64,000 nucleotides of DNA from Candidatus Bruticola sp. (GCA_051874735.1 JBJEGD010000002.1:76334-140333), one strand, 5' to 3'; counted from the stretch's first letter, positions 49,113-60,031 are shown. Notes: generated from the sequence alone by a model not told the origin. A program made the numbers and translations.

Positions 49113-52001
49113 TTAGGAGTGTTGCTCTCTAATAGCTAAGAAAACCTCCAGATCTTCCTGAAGATCGCTACTAAGTACACTCCGTTTAGCCAAATTTTCC
49201 AATAAAAATAGAGCCGACTTATTTTCGGGAGGAGAGTTACGGGCCACTTCAATTAAAGTGTTTAAAATAGCACGATCTATTTCTACAGATAAACCGCCAA
49301 AAACCATTTTTGCGCCTTTGCTCAATTCTAACACACTAATTAAGAACTTTTGAGCGCTCTCACTCTGAGTCAGATCGAAACCATCTAGGCGTTTTTTAAA
49401 ATCGCTTATTAAGCGCAAAGCTGAACGTTTGGCCATATTGAGAGTAAAATTCGAAAGATCGCGCCGCAGCAGCTCGCTCAAAGCTCCCCAAATCGGATTA
49501 CTTCTGTAAGCATAGAGATTTATACCCCGCTCTGCACCATCAAACCAATCTTCTAAAAATGAGAACAGACGGAAAACAAGCATCTGGTGCAAACGTTCTC
49601 CAGCCTGAGGATGGCAAGCTGCTGCTCCGATTATGCGCAGAGCCAGCATTCTATCAGCATGATCCCAGGCTTGAGGATTTTGTACTCCGTCGCCTTCTGC
49701 TTCACTGCTGAGCATCCGTTTCATTAAATCGTTTAGGCTCGGCTCCTCGCCTTTCTTCAGAACGGTACGGCACAACATGGCCACAAAAGCTTCCGGATCG
49801 GCCAACATCGGGCCGTATTGAAGCATATCGGCAAACCCTTGCAAACAACAATGGAGCAAGCTTCGATCAGGTTCAGCCGCACTAAGAACTTCTGAAAAGA
49901 TGCGCTCAATTTTTAAACGAACTTCAGTTGTAGAGGCTCTGTAAATACTGAAAAGAGCTTCCACTTTTGGTTGAGGATTATCAGCTAATTTTTCGCTAAT
50001 TCTCTGTACCACTATAATTCGCAACTCATCGCTAATCAGAGGAGTCGATCCCAAAAATCCTAGGCTCTGCCAAACGGCGGAAATGACCTGGAGTTTTTTA
50101 CTTTCAGCTATCTTTTCGGCGTCTTTTAAACTTGGGAAATCGATAGTTTGGCGTACCATTTCCTCTATTTCCGCGCGGTAGGCTTCATTTTGCATATCCT
50201 GGCAATGGAGCAGCTGAGCAAAAACACCAGCTTTAAGCGCTTCCCCACCCGACTCCAAAGCAGCATCTTCACTTACAGCTTTAAAACTGAATTCCAAAGC
50301 CGCTTGACCGCACGAAGCTAAGAGAGAGAGTACCGATAAATTGTCAGGTTCATCTAAATTACAGGCCTCATTAAAAAGGAAAGAGTAAGCAAAGCGCCAT
50401 TTAGAATCGAGATGCTGCAACGCTTCTCTCACTTTAGGCAGATCAAGCTGATGAGTACGCACTAGAGCCAAAACTGAAGCCCGATCTTGAGCGAGCAAAC
50501 GGTTCATAACAAAATCAGCAAAAACTTTTTCCATATGGTCAGAGCTTAAAGCTTCACCTCGAGCACAAGCTCCGGCCCATTTGTGAAATTCGGAGAGGAG
50601 CAGCTGCATTTCTTCTTCATGATGGTCATCAGTATGATGACAACCACACTCATAACATTCTGCCTCGGTATGCTCATGTTCGGAGCAGTGTTCTGCTTCA
50701 TTCTGAATCTGACGGAAATCGCTCCACAGGTTTACCACAAATATGCGCCTACTCTCATCAAGCTCAGCTAAAATATTTGGCCTGCTTATAGCTTCTAGAA
50801 TAGCCGACCCTAAATTTTTAAAAGTGGCCCGCAGGCGCCTGCTCAAGCCAGCTTCCTGACCGTGTTCCAAGAATAGCTGCAGCAAACGCTCAGTCAAATA
50901 TTGATAGGCCTCATCGTCTTTAGGCAGACGAGATAGAATATTACCGAAAAAGGCTACACTGCCGGGCATATTGGTATTTTTCAAACGGCGCAGCAGATAA
51001 TCACCTAAATTAGGGAAGTGCGGAGCTAAATCAAACACAAAAGCAGAAAGGGCAAAGCGCTCTGCAAGTTCAAAACTATCTAACTGATCTAAAAGGGTAT
51101 CGAGAAATGATGTCAATTCAGAGAACTCCGCTTGCTGTTCTTCAGCTTGACTGTGCGCGGCGCATTTAGCTATAAGCGGTGCCAGATGGGGCAAACTAGG
51201 CAGTAACTGAGTCCTGAAATCTTTTTCCTTTACCAAAGGAAGCAGAGCTGACAATAAAATTGTACCTAAAATGTTGTGAAATTTTTCCTGCTCTGGTTGA
51301 TCAAAATAAAATAGGGCGTCTTTAAACTTTTTTAAATCGAGACTGAGCATACTCAAAAGAGCCCGGCCCAAATCGCGGTTCAAATTATCCCTAACCTGCT
51401 TAGCAGCTTCGCGCGAAAGCTCAGCCTTGCCTCTTTTGAAAGCGGTAATCAATAGTGGGGCAGGATCTTGATTACAAGCTAACGAGGCTCTAAATAAATA
51501 ACGGAAGGCTTCTATTAAATCGACAGTTTTTTCACTATCTAACAAAGTGAGCGAAGCGGCTTCCAAACGGCTTCGTTCCCAAAGTACACCTTTTATAGCT
51601 GCAACATTAGCTTCTCCCAGTACCTTCGGAGCCACAGTACCAACAGAAACTAGGGCTTGGGCTTCGCCTACTGCTTCAGAAGGAGCTTCATCTTCAGTGC
51701 GCACCACAATAGCTCCCTCAATTTTTTCCGCCCAAGCTCCCAGAGGTTTCAGTAAGGCATTGATCCTCTGTGTATCGTTATAATCTAAATTATTCCATCG
51801 TTTATCGCGCACACAACTCGCGAATTCGGACGACTCAGCTACTTCTTCCAGAAAGGCCATCGAAAAAAGGATTGACCTACGTCCTAAAGAGCACAATCTA
51901 GCTCCCAAGCGATGATTCAAATTTATGTTTTCACTATTGAGTGAAGCAATAACTTCAGCTACAGAGTTATAAAGATTAGGATTAAAAATATCTTGGCTCA
52001 T
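49113..52001 (-). CDS. Large alpha-helical (HEAT/ARM-like) hypothetical protein with His/Cys-rich insert
   Basis: 962-aa Leu/Ala-rich amphipathic helices; HCSEHEHTEAECYECGCHHTDDHHEE tract. Confidence 0.65.
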   Translation of the reverse strand: MSQDIFNPNLYNSVAEVIASLNSENINLNHRLGARLCSLGRRSILFSMAFLEEVAESSEFASCVRDKRWNNLDYNDTQRINALLKPLGAWAEKIEGAIVVRTEDEAPSEAVGEAQALVSVGTVAPKVLGEANVAAIKGVLWERSRLEAASLTLLDSEKTVDLIEAFRYLFRASLACNQDPAPLLITAFKRGKAELSREAAKQVRDNLNRDLGRALLSMLSLDLKKFKDALFYFDQPEQEKFHNILGTILLSALLPLVKEKDFRTQLLPSLPHLAPLIAKCAAHSQAEEQQAEFSELTSFLDTLLDQLDSFELAERFALSAFVFDLAPHFPNLGDYLLRRLKNTNMPGSVAFFGNILSRLPKDDEAYQYLTERLLQLFLEHGQEAGLSRRLRATFKNLGSAILEAISRPNILAELDESRRIFVVNLWSDFRQIQNEAEHCSEHEHTEAECYECGCHHTDDHHEEEMQLLLSEFHKWAGACARGEALSSDHMEKVFADFVMNRLLAQDRASVLALVRTHQLDLPKVREALQHLDSKWRFAYSFLFNEACNLDEPDNLSVLSLLASCGQAALEFSFKAVSEDAALESGGEALKAGVFAQLLHCQDMQNEAYRAEIEEMVRQTIDFPSLKDAEKIAESKKLQVISAVWQSLGFLGSTPLISDELRIIVVQRISEKLADNPQPKVEALFSIYRASTTEVRLKIERIFSEVLSAAEPDRSLLHCCLQGFADMLQYGPMLADPEAFVAMLCRTVLKKGEEPSLNDLMKRMLSSEAEGDGVQNPQAWDHADRMLALRIIGAAACHPQAGERLHQMLVFRLFSFLEDWFDGAERGINLYAYRSNPIWGALSELLRRDLSNFTLNMAKRSALRLISDFKKRLDGFDLTQSESAQKFLISVLELSKGAKMVFGGLSVEIDRAILNTLIEVARNSPPENKSALFLLENLAKRSVLSSDLQEDLEVFLAIREQHS

Positions 52002-52226
52002 AAGCAGAAATCTTTCCGCTTTACACCTCTTACTTCCTACTAACGACTCAGTAGGACGACTTAGCGAGGTTAAATAACATAAAATTAGACTGACAATTTC
52101 TTCAGCAGTTCAACAAATTAAGGTCCGGCAATTTTACTCCTTAATACCTAAACGAAGGCTACAACTCGAACATCACGAATAAACTAGCGGTCGTATCTAA
52201 CGGAAAGGACATTTCTGTAACACCTT

Positions 52227-52436
52227 ATGAGAAAAGTAAACAAAGTCATTTATTTAGTTATGGCCTTCCTGCTGGGCACCTTCGGAGTGCATAAATTCTA
52301 TGCGGGCCAGAAAAAGACTGGATTTTTATATCTGCTGTTCTGCTGGACCTGTATACCTACGCTCTGTTCTCTTTATGATTTTGTCGTGGGTCTGCTCAAA
52401 GCAGAAGACGACGAAGGCAACATAATCTTCCATTGA
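52227..52436 (+). CDS. TM2-domain protein
   Basis: AFLLGTFGVHKFYAGQ...GFLYLLFCWT. Confidence 0.9.
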   Translation: MRKVNKVIYLVMAFLLGTFGVHKFYAGQKKTGFLYLLFCWTCIPTLCSLYDFVVGLLKAEDDEGNIIFH

Positions 52437-52477
52437 GCGTGCCATGATTGGTGACTCAACCTTAAAATATAAACAAC

Positions 52478-53314
52478 ATGTCCGTATTTAATTGCGCCTT
52501 AAAGACAACCGATCCCCTCACTTTCTTTAACTGGCGCAGCACTCTAAATTTTTTAATGTGCAACCTCAATTGTTCACATTATCTTGAGCTGGCTAAATAC
52601 GAGGTTAAGTCCACTTTTTCCATGTTGTCTTTTCAAGACGGCTACCCCAACCGTTGGAACTGCGGAGCCTTTGCTCTACCTCTAGCGGCTTACGCCGTCT
52701 TCACTAATACAGACAGCCTCTATATTAAGAAGCGATTTATACTGAACGAGCAACCATCGCTAAATATACAACTCTCCTGTTCTGCAAGTGAAACTGTGTA
52801 TCAACTGCGCTTGTCACTCTACAGTCCCGCCGTGCTGACTTTAACACCATCTAACTCAACCTGGGCTAGGTTATGTCTTAATACGCTTTCCTGCAGTGCT
52901 CCTTTACCACCAACTTCCCATCTTTTAGAGACTAACTCCGCCGAGTGGCAAAGATCTGTAGAATGGAAGCGCGCCTTTGACCGGCTACAATGGTTGAAAA
53001 AAGCTGAACGTCTTCTGCCTCAAATTAACAAGGATGAATGTACTACTGCCATGGCCGAGCTATGCGGGCGCCCTTCTATCCGCAGCTTACTCACCCAAGC
53101 GGAAAGTCTATGTTTTTACAAAGCTGTTAGTGTAATCGATAAAAACAACAGCAAATTATCTTTATCCGCCAAGCGGTTGGAAGGACAGCGCAGCAATTTG
53201 CTAAAAGGTTTCCACAACTTTTACCAAACTACCAAAATTCTAAGCGGAAGTACTCCATCTCAGATGGCTATGTTACGCTTGGCGCAGGCCGTCGGCTATG
53301 CGCTCAATTTATAA
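52478..53314 (+). CDS. Hypothetical protein
   Basis: 278-aa ORF in operon-like spacing with hexokinase; no recognised motif. Confidence 0.55.
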   Translation: MSVFNCALKTTDPLTFFNWRSTLNFLMCNLNCSHYLELAKYEVKSTFSMLSFQDGYPNRWNCGAFALPLAAYAVFTNTDSLYIKKRFILNEQPSLNIQLSCSASETVYQLRLSLYSPAVLTLTPSNSTWARLCLNTLSCSAPLPPTSHLLETNSAEWQRSVEWKRAFDRLQWLKKAERLLPQINKDECTTAMAELCGRPSIRSLLTQAESLCFYKAVSVIDKNNSKLSLSAKRLEGQRSNLLKGFHNFYQTTKILSGSTPSQMAMLRLAQAVGYALNL

Positions 53315-53333
53315 TGCTTAAGGATCAAAGACT

Positions 53334-54527
53334 ATGGCTTATACTCCCGATCTGTTGGCAAGTTTTCAACTTAGCCAAGAACAACTTGAAGAAACTGCTA
53401 AAACTCTTTCTGAACGTATCAACAGCGGTTTGTCCAAAGACGGCCAAGAAATTAAAGCCATTCCAGCCTATTTAGCTCCTCCTCAGCAAGGTATAAGCGG
53501 CACAGTCCTGGTTATTGATACTGGCGGCACCAATGTAAGAGCAGCCATCATCAAACTCAATGCCGACGGTACCCATAAGCTGGTTGCAGGCCCTGTACAA
53601 GCCTCTATACCAGCCGGACGCCAGGGTAAACAGATATCAGCTGAAGAGTTTTTTGATATGCAGGCTTCGTTGGCCTTACAGTTAAATCCTGAGGCCAACT
53701 TGCCCATCGGGTATTGTTTCTCTTATGCTGCTCAATCGACCCCAGAGGCTGACGCCCGCCTCATTCAATGGACTAAAGATGTACATATTGCGGGTGTAGA
53801 GGGTAACTTAGTGGGCAAGATGCTTCTTGAAGCTTTGAACCGTCAAGGATACAAAACCGGTTCAGTGGCAGTTTTAAATGACACTGTAGCCACTCTGTTG
53901 GCCGGCGCCGGAGCTAACGCGCACAATTTTGAACATTATATAGGTCTTATTGCGGGAACTGGAACCAACATGGCAGCGTTTGTGCCCGTTTCTGAAAACA
54001 ACAAACTGAGCCGCTTACCCTGGCACAGCCAAAGTATGGCCGTGAATCTGGAATCTGGCAATTTTGTGCCGCCCTATCTTAATCAGTTTGATGATAAAGT
54101 AGATAAGCACCTCGACATGCCAGGCCAACATCGCTATGAAAAAGCCATAGCTGGTTACTATCTGCCCTTCCTCTACGCTCAAGCTAACGATGAAGACGAG
54201 ACTTTCGATCCTTATAAAGGTACAGCACAGTTAGTAAAACTGCGTGATCAGCAGCGCGACGAATTAGCAGAGGCCATACTGAACAGATCAGCAGATTTAA
54301 TCGCAGCAGGATTGGCCGGTTTGATTCGCGTTTTGGGCAGTCAAGGACGCGTATGTATAACGGCAGAAGGCAGCCGCTACTGGGCGGATCCGGCTTTAGC
54401 TCCCCGTGTAGCCAAACTACTTACAGCTCTTATTCCTCCTCAAGTTACTTTTTCTATCATAAAGGTAGCAGATGCCAACCTAATCGGCAGTGCCTACGCT
54501 GCTTTGAATATTGCTAAAAACTTTTAA
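53334..54527 (+). CDS. Hexokinase (eukaryote-type hexokinase family)
   Basis: IDTGGTNVR, GYCFSYA, WTK, LNDTVATL, GLIAGTGTN, NLESGNF, EK and A(E)GS motifs. Confidence 0.9.
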   Translation: MAYTPDLLASFQLSQEQLEETAKTLSERINSGLSKDGQEIKAIPAYLAPPQQGISGTVLVIDTGGTNVRAAIIKLNADGTHKLVAGPVQASIPAGRQGKQISAEEFFDMQASLALQLNPEANLPIGYCFSYAAQSTPEADARLIQWTKDVHIAGVEGNLVGKMLLEALNRQGYKTGSVAVLNDTVATLLAGAGANAHNFEHYIGLIAGTGTNMAAFVPVSENNKLSRLPWHSQSMAVNLESGNFVPPYLNQFDDKVDKHLDMPGQHRYEKAIAGYYLPFLYAQANDEDETFDPYKGTAQLVKLRDQQRDELAEAILNRSADLIAAGLAGLIRVLGSQGRVCITAEGSRYWADPALAPRVAKLLTALIPPQVTFSIIKVADANLIGSAYAALNIAKNF

Positions 54528-54635
54528 GTTTCTGTATCACTTAACTACCACGGACCGAACTTTCTATACCTGAAGTTAGGTCCGCTTTTTTACGCTAAAA
54601 AACAGTATCTTCAAACTAAGAAGGTTAATTATCTT

Positions 54636-56198
54636 ATGTATAGCCGCCAAACTAGCCTTATGGAAGGCATTCTTTTTACCGATATGTACCAGCTGACTAT
54701 GGCTCAGCTCTACTTTAAATCTGGTATTCACGAACAAAAAGCCCATTTTGATCACTTTTTCCGTAACTATCCCAATTATGGAGAGCATCAAGCCGGATAT
54801 TGCATTAATGCTGGCTTAGAGTGGCTACTCGATTGGATGGAGACAGCTCATTTCGATGACGAAACTTTAGGTTATTTAGCCAAAGAAAAAGATAGCTTTG
54901 GCAAACCCATCTTTGCAGAAGATTTTCTCGAATGGCTACGCAAAGAGGGCAACTTTAAAAAGCTCACTATTAAGTCTGTAGCCGAAGGGCGAGTCGTTCA
55001 TCCTAATGTCCCTCTAACCATGGTTGAAGGTCCTTTGGCTATGGGCCAAATTTTAGAAACAGCCTTACTTAACTGCATAAATTTTCAAACCTTAATTGCC
55101 ACCAAAGCTTCCCGTATACGCCACAGCTGCGGAAGTAAACTGCTCATGGAATTCGGTTTGCGCCGAGCTCACGGCTTAGGCGGCAATCAAGGAGCCCGCG
55201 CTGCTCTCATTGGAGGATGTGACTACACTTCTAATGTCGGTCTATCCTGCGCTATAGGCTTACCTCCTAAAGGAACTCACTCCCATGCTATGGTGCAAAC
55301 TTGGATGGCTTTAGGATATTCAGAACTTGACGCTTTCCAAGCCTATGCCGATCTTTATCCAGACAACTGTCTTTTACTAATAGATACTATCGATACGCTT
55401 AACAGCGGACTGCCCCATGCCATAACCGTTTTTGAAAAGCTGAGACGCCAAGGCTATAAGCCTATAGGCGTGCGCTTAGACTCAGGAGATTTGGCCTATC
55501 TGTCTATTCAAGTCTCCAAAGTACTCGATGAAGCCGGCTTCACAGATTGCTGCATTGTTCTCTCCAACGATTTAGATGAAATGACTATCTTGCAGATTCA
55601 CGCTCAAATACGCGATGAAGCCAGCCGCTGTGGAGTAAATGCCGATCGTATTATTAACCGCTTGTCTTACGGCGTAGGTACTCGTTTAATAACTTCCTCT
55701 GGTCAGTCCGCTTTAGGAGGAGTTTACAAACTAGTCGCCATGGAAGTTAACGGCCAATGGGTACCAGCTATGAAATTATCTAACTCTATTACTAAATTGA
55801 TTAATCCTGGACACAAAACAGCCTGGCGTATTTACGATAAGCGCCATAGAGCTACAGCAGATCTTATAGGTTTTGCTGATGAACGCCCAGATTTAGAGGA
55901 CAAGATTGTACTGCATCATCCCAGCGAAAAAAGCATGTTCCGCACTATTAAAAAAGCGGATATTAGCCGTATAGAGCCTATGTTAGATGTAGTTTGGACT
56001 GACGGCGGTCGCACCCGTCCGTCCCCCAGCTTAGAAGAGATGCGTCAAAATAGGATTAACGATCTGAATGCTTTGGACACTGGCGTTATGCGTATGCGAA
56101 ATCCTCATATTTACCACATATCTTTAACGACAAAACTTTTAGAAGCTAAACTAAACCTTATCCATAAATTCCGCGATTTCACTGATAGCAGCCATTAA
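54636..56198 (+). CDS. pncB: Nicotinate phosphoribosyltransferase
   Basis: TDMYQLTM, EFGLRRA, GTHSH, LIDT, RLDSGD, SNDLDE and GGVYKLV. Confidence 0.96.
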   Translation: MYSRQTSLMEGILFTDMYQLTMAQLYFKSGIHEQKAHFDHFFRNYPNYGEHQAGYCINAGLEWLLDWMETAHFDDETLGYLAKEKDSFGKPIFAEDFLEWLRKEGNFKKLTIKSVAEGRVVHPNVPLTMVEGPLAMGQILETALLNCINFQTLIATKASRIRHSCGSKLLMEFGLRRAHGLGGNQGARAALIGGCDYTSNVGLSCAIGLPPKGTHSHAMVQTWMALGYSELDAFQAYADLYPDNCLLLIDTIDTLNSGLPHAITVFEKLRRQGYKPIGVRLDSGDLAYLSIQVSKVLDEAGFTDCCIVLSNDLDEMTILQIHAQIRDEASRCGVNADRIINRLSYGVGTRLITSSGQSALGGVYKLVAMEVNGQWVPAMKLSNSITKLINPGHKTAWRIYDKRHRATADLIGFADERPDLEDKIVLHHPSEKSMFRTIKKADISRIEPMLDVVWTDGGRTRPSPSLEEMRQNRINDLNALDTGVMRMRNPHIYHISLTTKLLEAKLNLIHKFRDFTDSSH

Positions 56199-56264
56199 CA
56201 TTCTAGTCAGTAAACTGATCAACAACTAGTTTTTAAGCGAACTACAAAACGGCCGCACAGAAAC

Positions 56265-56296
56265 AAAGGCCCTGGCTCTTTAGAGCCAGGGCCTTT
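56265..56296. terminator. Bidirectional terminator
   Basis: AAAGGCCCTGGCTCT-TT-AGAGCCAGGGCCTTT perfect inverted repeat between convergent genes. Confidence 0.85.
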
Positions 56297-56336
56297 ACCA
56301 TTATTTAGCCTGAAACTACAAACATACAGACTGTGT

Positions 56337-58673
56337 TTAAGCTAAATCATTATGAAGTTCAATAAAGCTTTCCAGCCACCACTCATATTTAGGACGGCGA
56401 CAAGCTTTTTTACCTCCACGCTCATAGACATTTCTCTCAGTCATACGATCGTAGTCGTAGAAATCGAAGAATTTTATACTCTCAGGCTGCATACCGACAA
56501 ATCCGATAGTATTGCCACCTTCTTGGAATATTTCCATTAATTTATTAACAGCAGCATCGGCCAATCTAGCAGCTAAAGTACGATCGAAGGAAGTAGGATC
56601 GCCTCCCTGCTGAATATGGCCGAGAGTCGCGTAGCGCACATTAAAATCGCCTTGTCCTTCAGTTTCGAACATCGCTTTAAGTACAGAAGTGCTGTAGTTT
56701 GACTTCTCATTATTAATAACTAAAGCCACTGTACGCCCTTCATTGCTGAACTGATCTTTCAATTTCTCAATATCTTTTAAAATTTCAGAAGCATTTTTGG
56801 GATGTTCATTTAAGTAAATGCACTCCGCTCCCGTAGCTAAACCGCTCATCTGCGCCAAGTAGCCGCACTCGGCTCCCATAACCTCAACTAAGAAAGCCCT
56901 CTTATTAGCTACAGCTGATCGCTTAATTTTATCTACAGAATCTATAATACAATTCAGAGCGGTATCAGCACCGATACTCAACTCACTGCCCGGCAGATTA
57001 TTATCGATAGTGGCAGGTATACAAATTATAGGAATGTCAAGATGAGAGCCGTGAATAGCCCCGTCATTGGCCCTTCTTCTCTCCTTAAAGAGAGTATTAA
57101 CGCACTCATAGGCTTCCCAGCCACCTATGACAATAATAGCATCGAGCTTTTTCTCTTTAGCAGCACTAGAAACATCGTACAAATCAGCAGCCTTAAATGA
57201 GGTGTGACTGGTGCCGATACGGGCGCCTCCTTCACAAGCCCAGCCGGAGACGCTCATCCATTCCATATATTTAAATCTGGGATCGTCATCAACAACATTT
57301 TGCTCTGAATGAGACTTCAACTCAGGCTCAAGCTCCGATTTAAATTCTAAATTGGCACTATCAACGGTAGGACACTTGATAAAACTAGATAAACCGCCAA
57401 CAACTTTAACAACTTCATGTCCTCGAGCGATAAGCAAACGAGCAGCTGTACGCACAGCCATATTCATGCCGGGAGCAGGGGCACCGCAATGTACAATAGC
57501 TATGCGCTTAGGATTGGGAATCGTTTGTTTCAGTTCAGTAGCGTTAGCGATTTTGAAGAGAGCGTAAGCTTCAGCCAAGGAGCGGCTGCGCATCCTGAGA
57601 GCGCCGTCGTCTTCCTCACTAATACAAGCCTGCTGAGCCCTGTGAGTCTCTTCTACAGCCTGCATAAGAGGAATGGCAACTGGACGGTTGCCCTTCATAA
57701 CTAAAACTACAGAAAGTTCAGCCTTTTCCCTAAGAGCATATTTTACGGCTTCATGTCCCAATAAACTGCCCAAATTGCGATCGTAAGCAGAAGGAGAGCC
57801 ACCGCGCTGCACATGTCCTAAGATAGTTACTCTGGCGTCTTCCCCCTTGCCTGTGAGAAACTTCTGCACATAATCAGCGGAAATATGACGTCCGTGAATG
57901 TCGCGGGCTCCTTCAGCAATGATAACTATAGCCGCTCTCTTGCCGGCGCGTCGGCCTTTACTTAAAGCGGCATACATCTTTTCTTCCCATCCATCTCGAC
58001 AAGGATCTTCGGGAATGAGCACCCATTCGGCGCCAGTGGCCAAACCGGTCATCACGGCCAAATATCCGCAATGACGCCCCATAACTTCCACAACAAAAGT
58101 ACGCTTATGACTGGCAGCAGTACTGAAAATAGAGTCTACAGCATCGACGATACGATGCAAAGCGGTATCAGCTCCAATAGTGATCTCAGAGCCACAAAGA
58201 TCGTTATCTATGGTACCAGGCAAACCGATAACACTAAGAAAAGGATGCTTTTTCAAGGCATCGGCTGCCACAGTTCCTGCCTCAACTAAACTTTTTACCG
58301 TCTTTTCCCACTCGCGGCGCAAAGTATCCGCACCAGTGAGAGAGCCGTCGCCGCCTATACAAACTAGACGATCGATGCCGTAGTTAACTAAGGTGCTAAT
58401 AGCACGACGGCGTCCTTCCGGTTGCATCATGTCGTCGCAACGGGCGGTACCTAAAATAGTGCCACCCAAATTGATAATACCTCTTACATCTCTAGCTCCC
58501 AGTTCTTTGACTCCGCCATTTTCCGGATGCTGCAGACCGACATAGCCATTGTATATACCATAAACTTCAGCTCCGCCCTTGATAGCACTCTTGACAACAG
58601 CACGCACAGCAGCATTCATACCAGGAGCATCGCCGCCACTGGTCATAATTCCGATACGCAGTTTTTCAGTCAT
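56337..58673 (-). CDS. pfkA: 6-phosphofructokinase, eukaryote-type tandem-duplicated form
   Basis: N-half TSGGDAPGMN, GGDGS, TIDND, EVMGR and GHVQRGG; C-half CGAPAPGMN, GGWEA, ATIDNN, EVMG and GHIQQGG. Confidence 0.93.
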   Translation of the reverse strand: MTEKLRIGIMTSGGDAPGMNAAVRAVVKSAIKGGAEVYGIYNGYVGLQHPENGGVKELGARDVRGIINLGGTILGTARCDDMMQPEGRRRAISTLVNYGIDRLVCIGGDGSLTGADTLRREWEKTVKSLVEAGTVAADALKKHPFLSVIGLPGTIDNDLCGSEITIGADTALHRIVDAVDSIFSTAASHKRTFVVEVMGRHCGYLAVMTGLATGAEWVLIPEDPCRDGWEEKMYAALSKGRRAGKRAAIVIIAEGARDIHGRHISADYVQKFLTGKGEDARVTILGHVQRGGSPSAYDRNLGSLLGHEAVKYALREKAELSVVLVMKGNRPVAIPLMQAVEETHRAQQACISEEDDGALRMRSRSLAEAYALFKIANATELKQTIPNPKRIAIVHCGAPAPGMNMAVRTAARLLIARGHEVVKVVGGLSSFIKCPTVDSANLEFKSELEPELKSHSEQNVVDDDPRFKYMEWMSVSGWACEGGARIGTSHTSFKAADLYDVSSAAKEKKLDAIIVIGGWEAYECVNTLFKERRRANDGAIHGSHLDIPIICIPATIDNNLPGSELSIGADTALNCIIDSVDKIKRSAVANKRAFLVEVMGAECGYLAQMSGLATGAECIYLNEHPKNASEILKDIEKLKDQFSNEGRTVALVINNEKSNYSTSVLKAMFETEGQGDFNVRYATLGHIQQGGDPTSFDRTLAARLADAAVNKLMEIFQEGGNTIGFVGMQPESIKFFDFYDYDRMTERNVYERGGKKACRRPKYEWWLESFIELHNDLA

Positions 58674-58894
58674 AATCACACCCTTGTTTAAAAACGAATG
58701 ATGTAGATATTGTTTGCCCGTCCAAGATTTTTCCTGCCCTAAACTTATATTTTGTCTCTACCAAATCTGGTATTTATGCATTAAAATTAGGCTTATTTGT
58801 GCACATTTTTTTGATTATACTGAGAACTAGGCAAGAGAGCTGCTGCATTTTAGACTTTACCTGTAACAAATCGAAGCAGCAGCTTTATAAAAAA

Positions 58895-60031
58895 TTATTG
58901 ATCTAACAAAGCCCCAAATGACTCCGCAGGATGACTTTGACCGGGAATCTGGTATGGAGCATGGCTTAACAACTCAGAACTGTCATCACTCAGGAAAAGC
59001 AGATCTTCAATGCGACACCCACCCAAACCTGGCACGTAAATACCAGGTTCAATGGTAACGGTCATACCGGTTTTTAGTACTATAGAAGACTCACGGCGCA
59101 ACCCTGGTCCTTCATGCACAGCGAGCCCTACTCCGTGTCCTAAGCTGTGGCTGAAGTACTCTCCGTAACCGGCTTCTTCAATAGTACGACGAGCGATGCC
59201 ATCAACTTGACTACCTGTCAATCCCGGACGCAGCTGCTCTATAGCCAGGCGTTGAGCTTTACGAACTACAGACCAAATTGAAATCATTTCCTCGTTAAGC
59301 TGACCAACCCAAATAGTGCGAGTAATGTCGCTGCACCATCCATCGACAATGCAGCCGAAATCGACCGTCACCAGCTCGCCCTCCTGAATAATACGATTGG
59401 TTACTGTAGCATGGGGATAAGCTCCGTTAAGCCCCGAAGCGACAATAGTATCGAAAGAGGGTTTGCGTGCTCCACATTTCTGCATTTGATACTCTAATTC
59501 GGCACAAAAATCAGCTTCGCTGATTCCAGCTTTGAAGTGAGGGATAGCTGCTGCCCAAGCTTTATCGGCGACTTGGGCGGCTTTGCCTATGGCTGCTAAC
59601 TCCTGAGCAGTCTTTATAAGGCGTATAGAATCGATGAGTGGAGAGGAACTCACAATCGTCCAGTCACTAAGTTCCTGTTTTAAGTTCAAATAATTATCTA
59701 AAGTTAGGCTGCGCCCTTCGACGGCTAAACGGCCGCTTGCCAACTTATCGGCCTGCAGTTTTAAGGATAGAGCCTGGGCTAAACTGCGGTGCTTATGAGA
59801 GAAAAATTTCACCAAGTCAGCTTGCGGACACTGCACTTCTGCCTGTGCCCAATAACGTGAGTCTGTAACCAGATATATACGGCCTTGTCCCACAAAAACG
59901 CAACCATCTGAACTGGAAAAACCAGAAAAATACCTGATACTTTCAGCTGAAGTAAGAATAGCTCCCTGCAAATTTTCTCTGTCTAAAGCTTCCTGCAGAC
60001 GCTCAGCAGCCGTTTTAATAACTTCTGACAT
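58895..60031 (-). CDS. Xaa-Pro aminopeptidase (M24B)
   Basis: TDSRY, DFG...SDITRT, HSLGHGVG..VHE, EPGIY and RIED. Confidence 0.94.
   Translation of the reverse strand: MSEVIKTAAERLQEALDRENLQGAILTSAESIRYFSGFSSSDGCVFVGQGRIYLVTDSRYWAQAEVQCPQADLVKFFSHKHRSLAQALSLKLQADKLASGRLAVEGRSLTLDNYLNLKQELSDWTIVSSSPLIDSIRLIKTAQELAAIGKAAQVADKAWAAAIPHFKAGISEADFCAELEYQMQKCGARKPSFDTIVASGLNGAYPHATVTNRIIQEGELVTVDFGCIVDGWCSDITRTIWVGQLNEEMISIWSVVRKAQRLAIEQLRPGLTGSQVDGIARRTIEEAGYGEYFSHSLGHGVGLAVHEGPGLRRESSIVLKTGMTVTIEPGIYVPGLGGCRIEDLLFLSDDSSELLSHAPYQIPGQSHPAESFGALLDQ

Noticed and set aside
53334-58673. Eukaryotic contamination or chimeric assembly
   Set aside because: The genes are intron-free, have bacterial RBS and terminators, and are interleaved with pncB and other bacterial genes.
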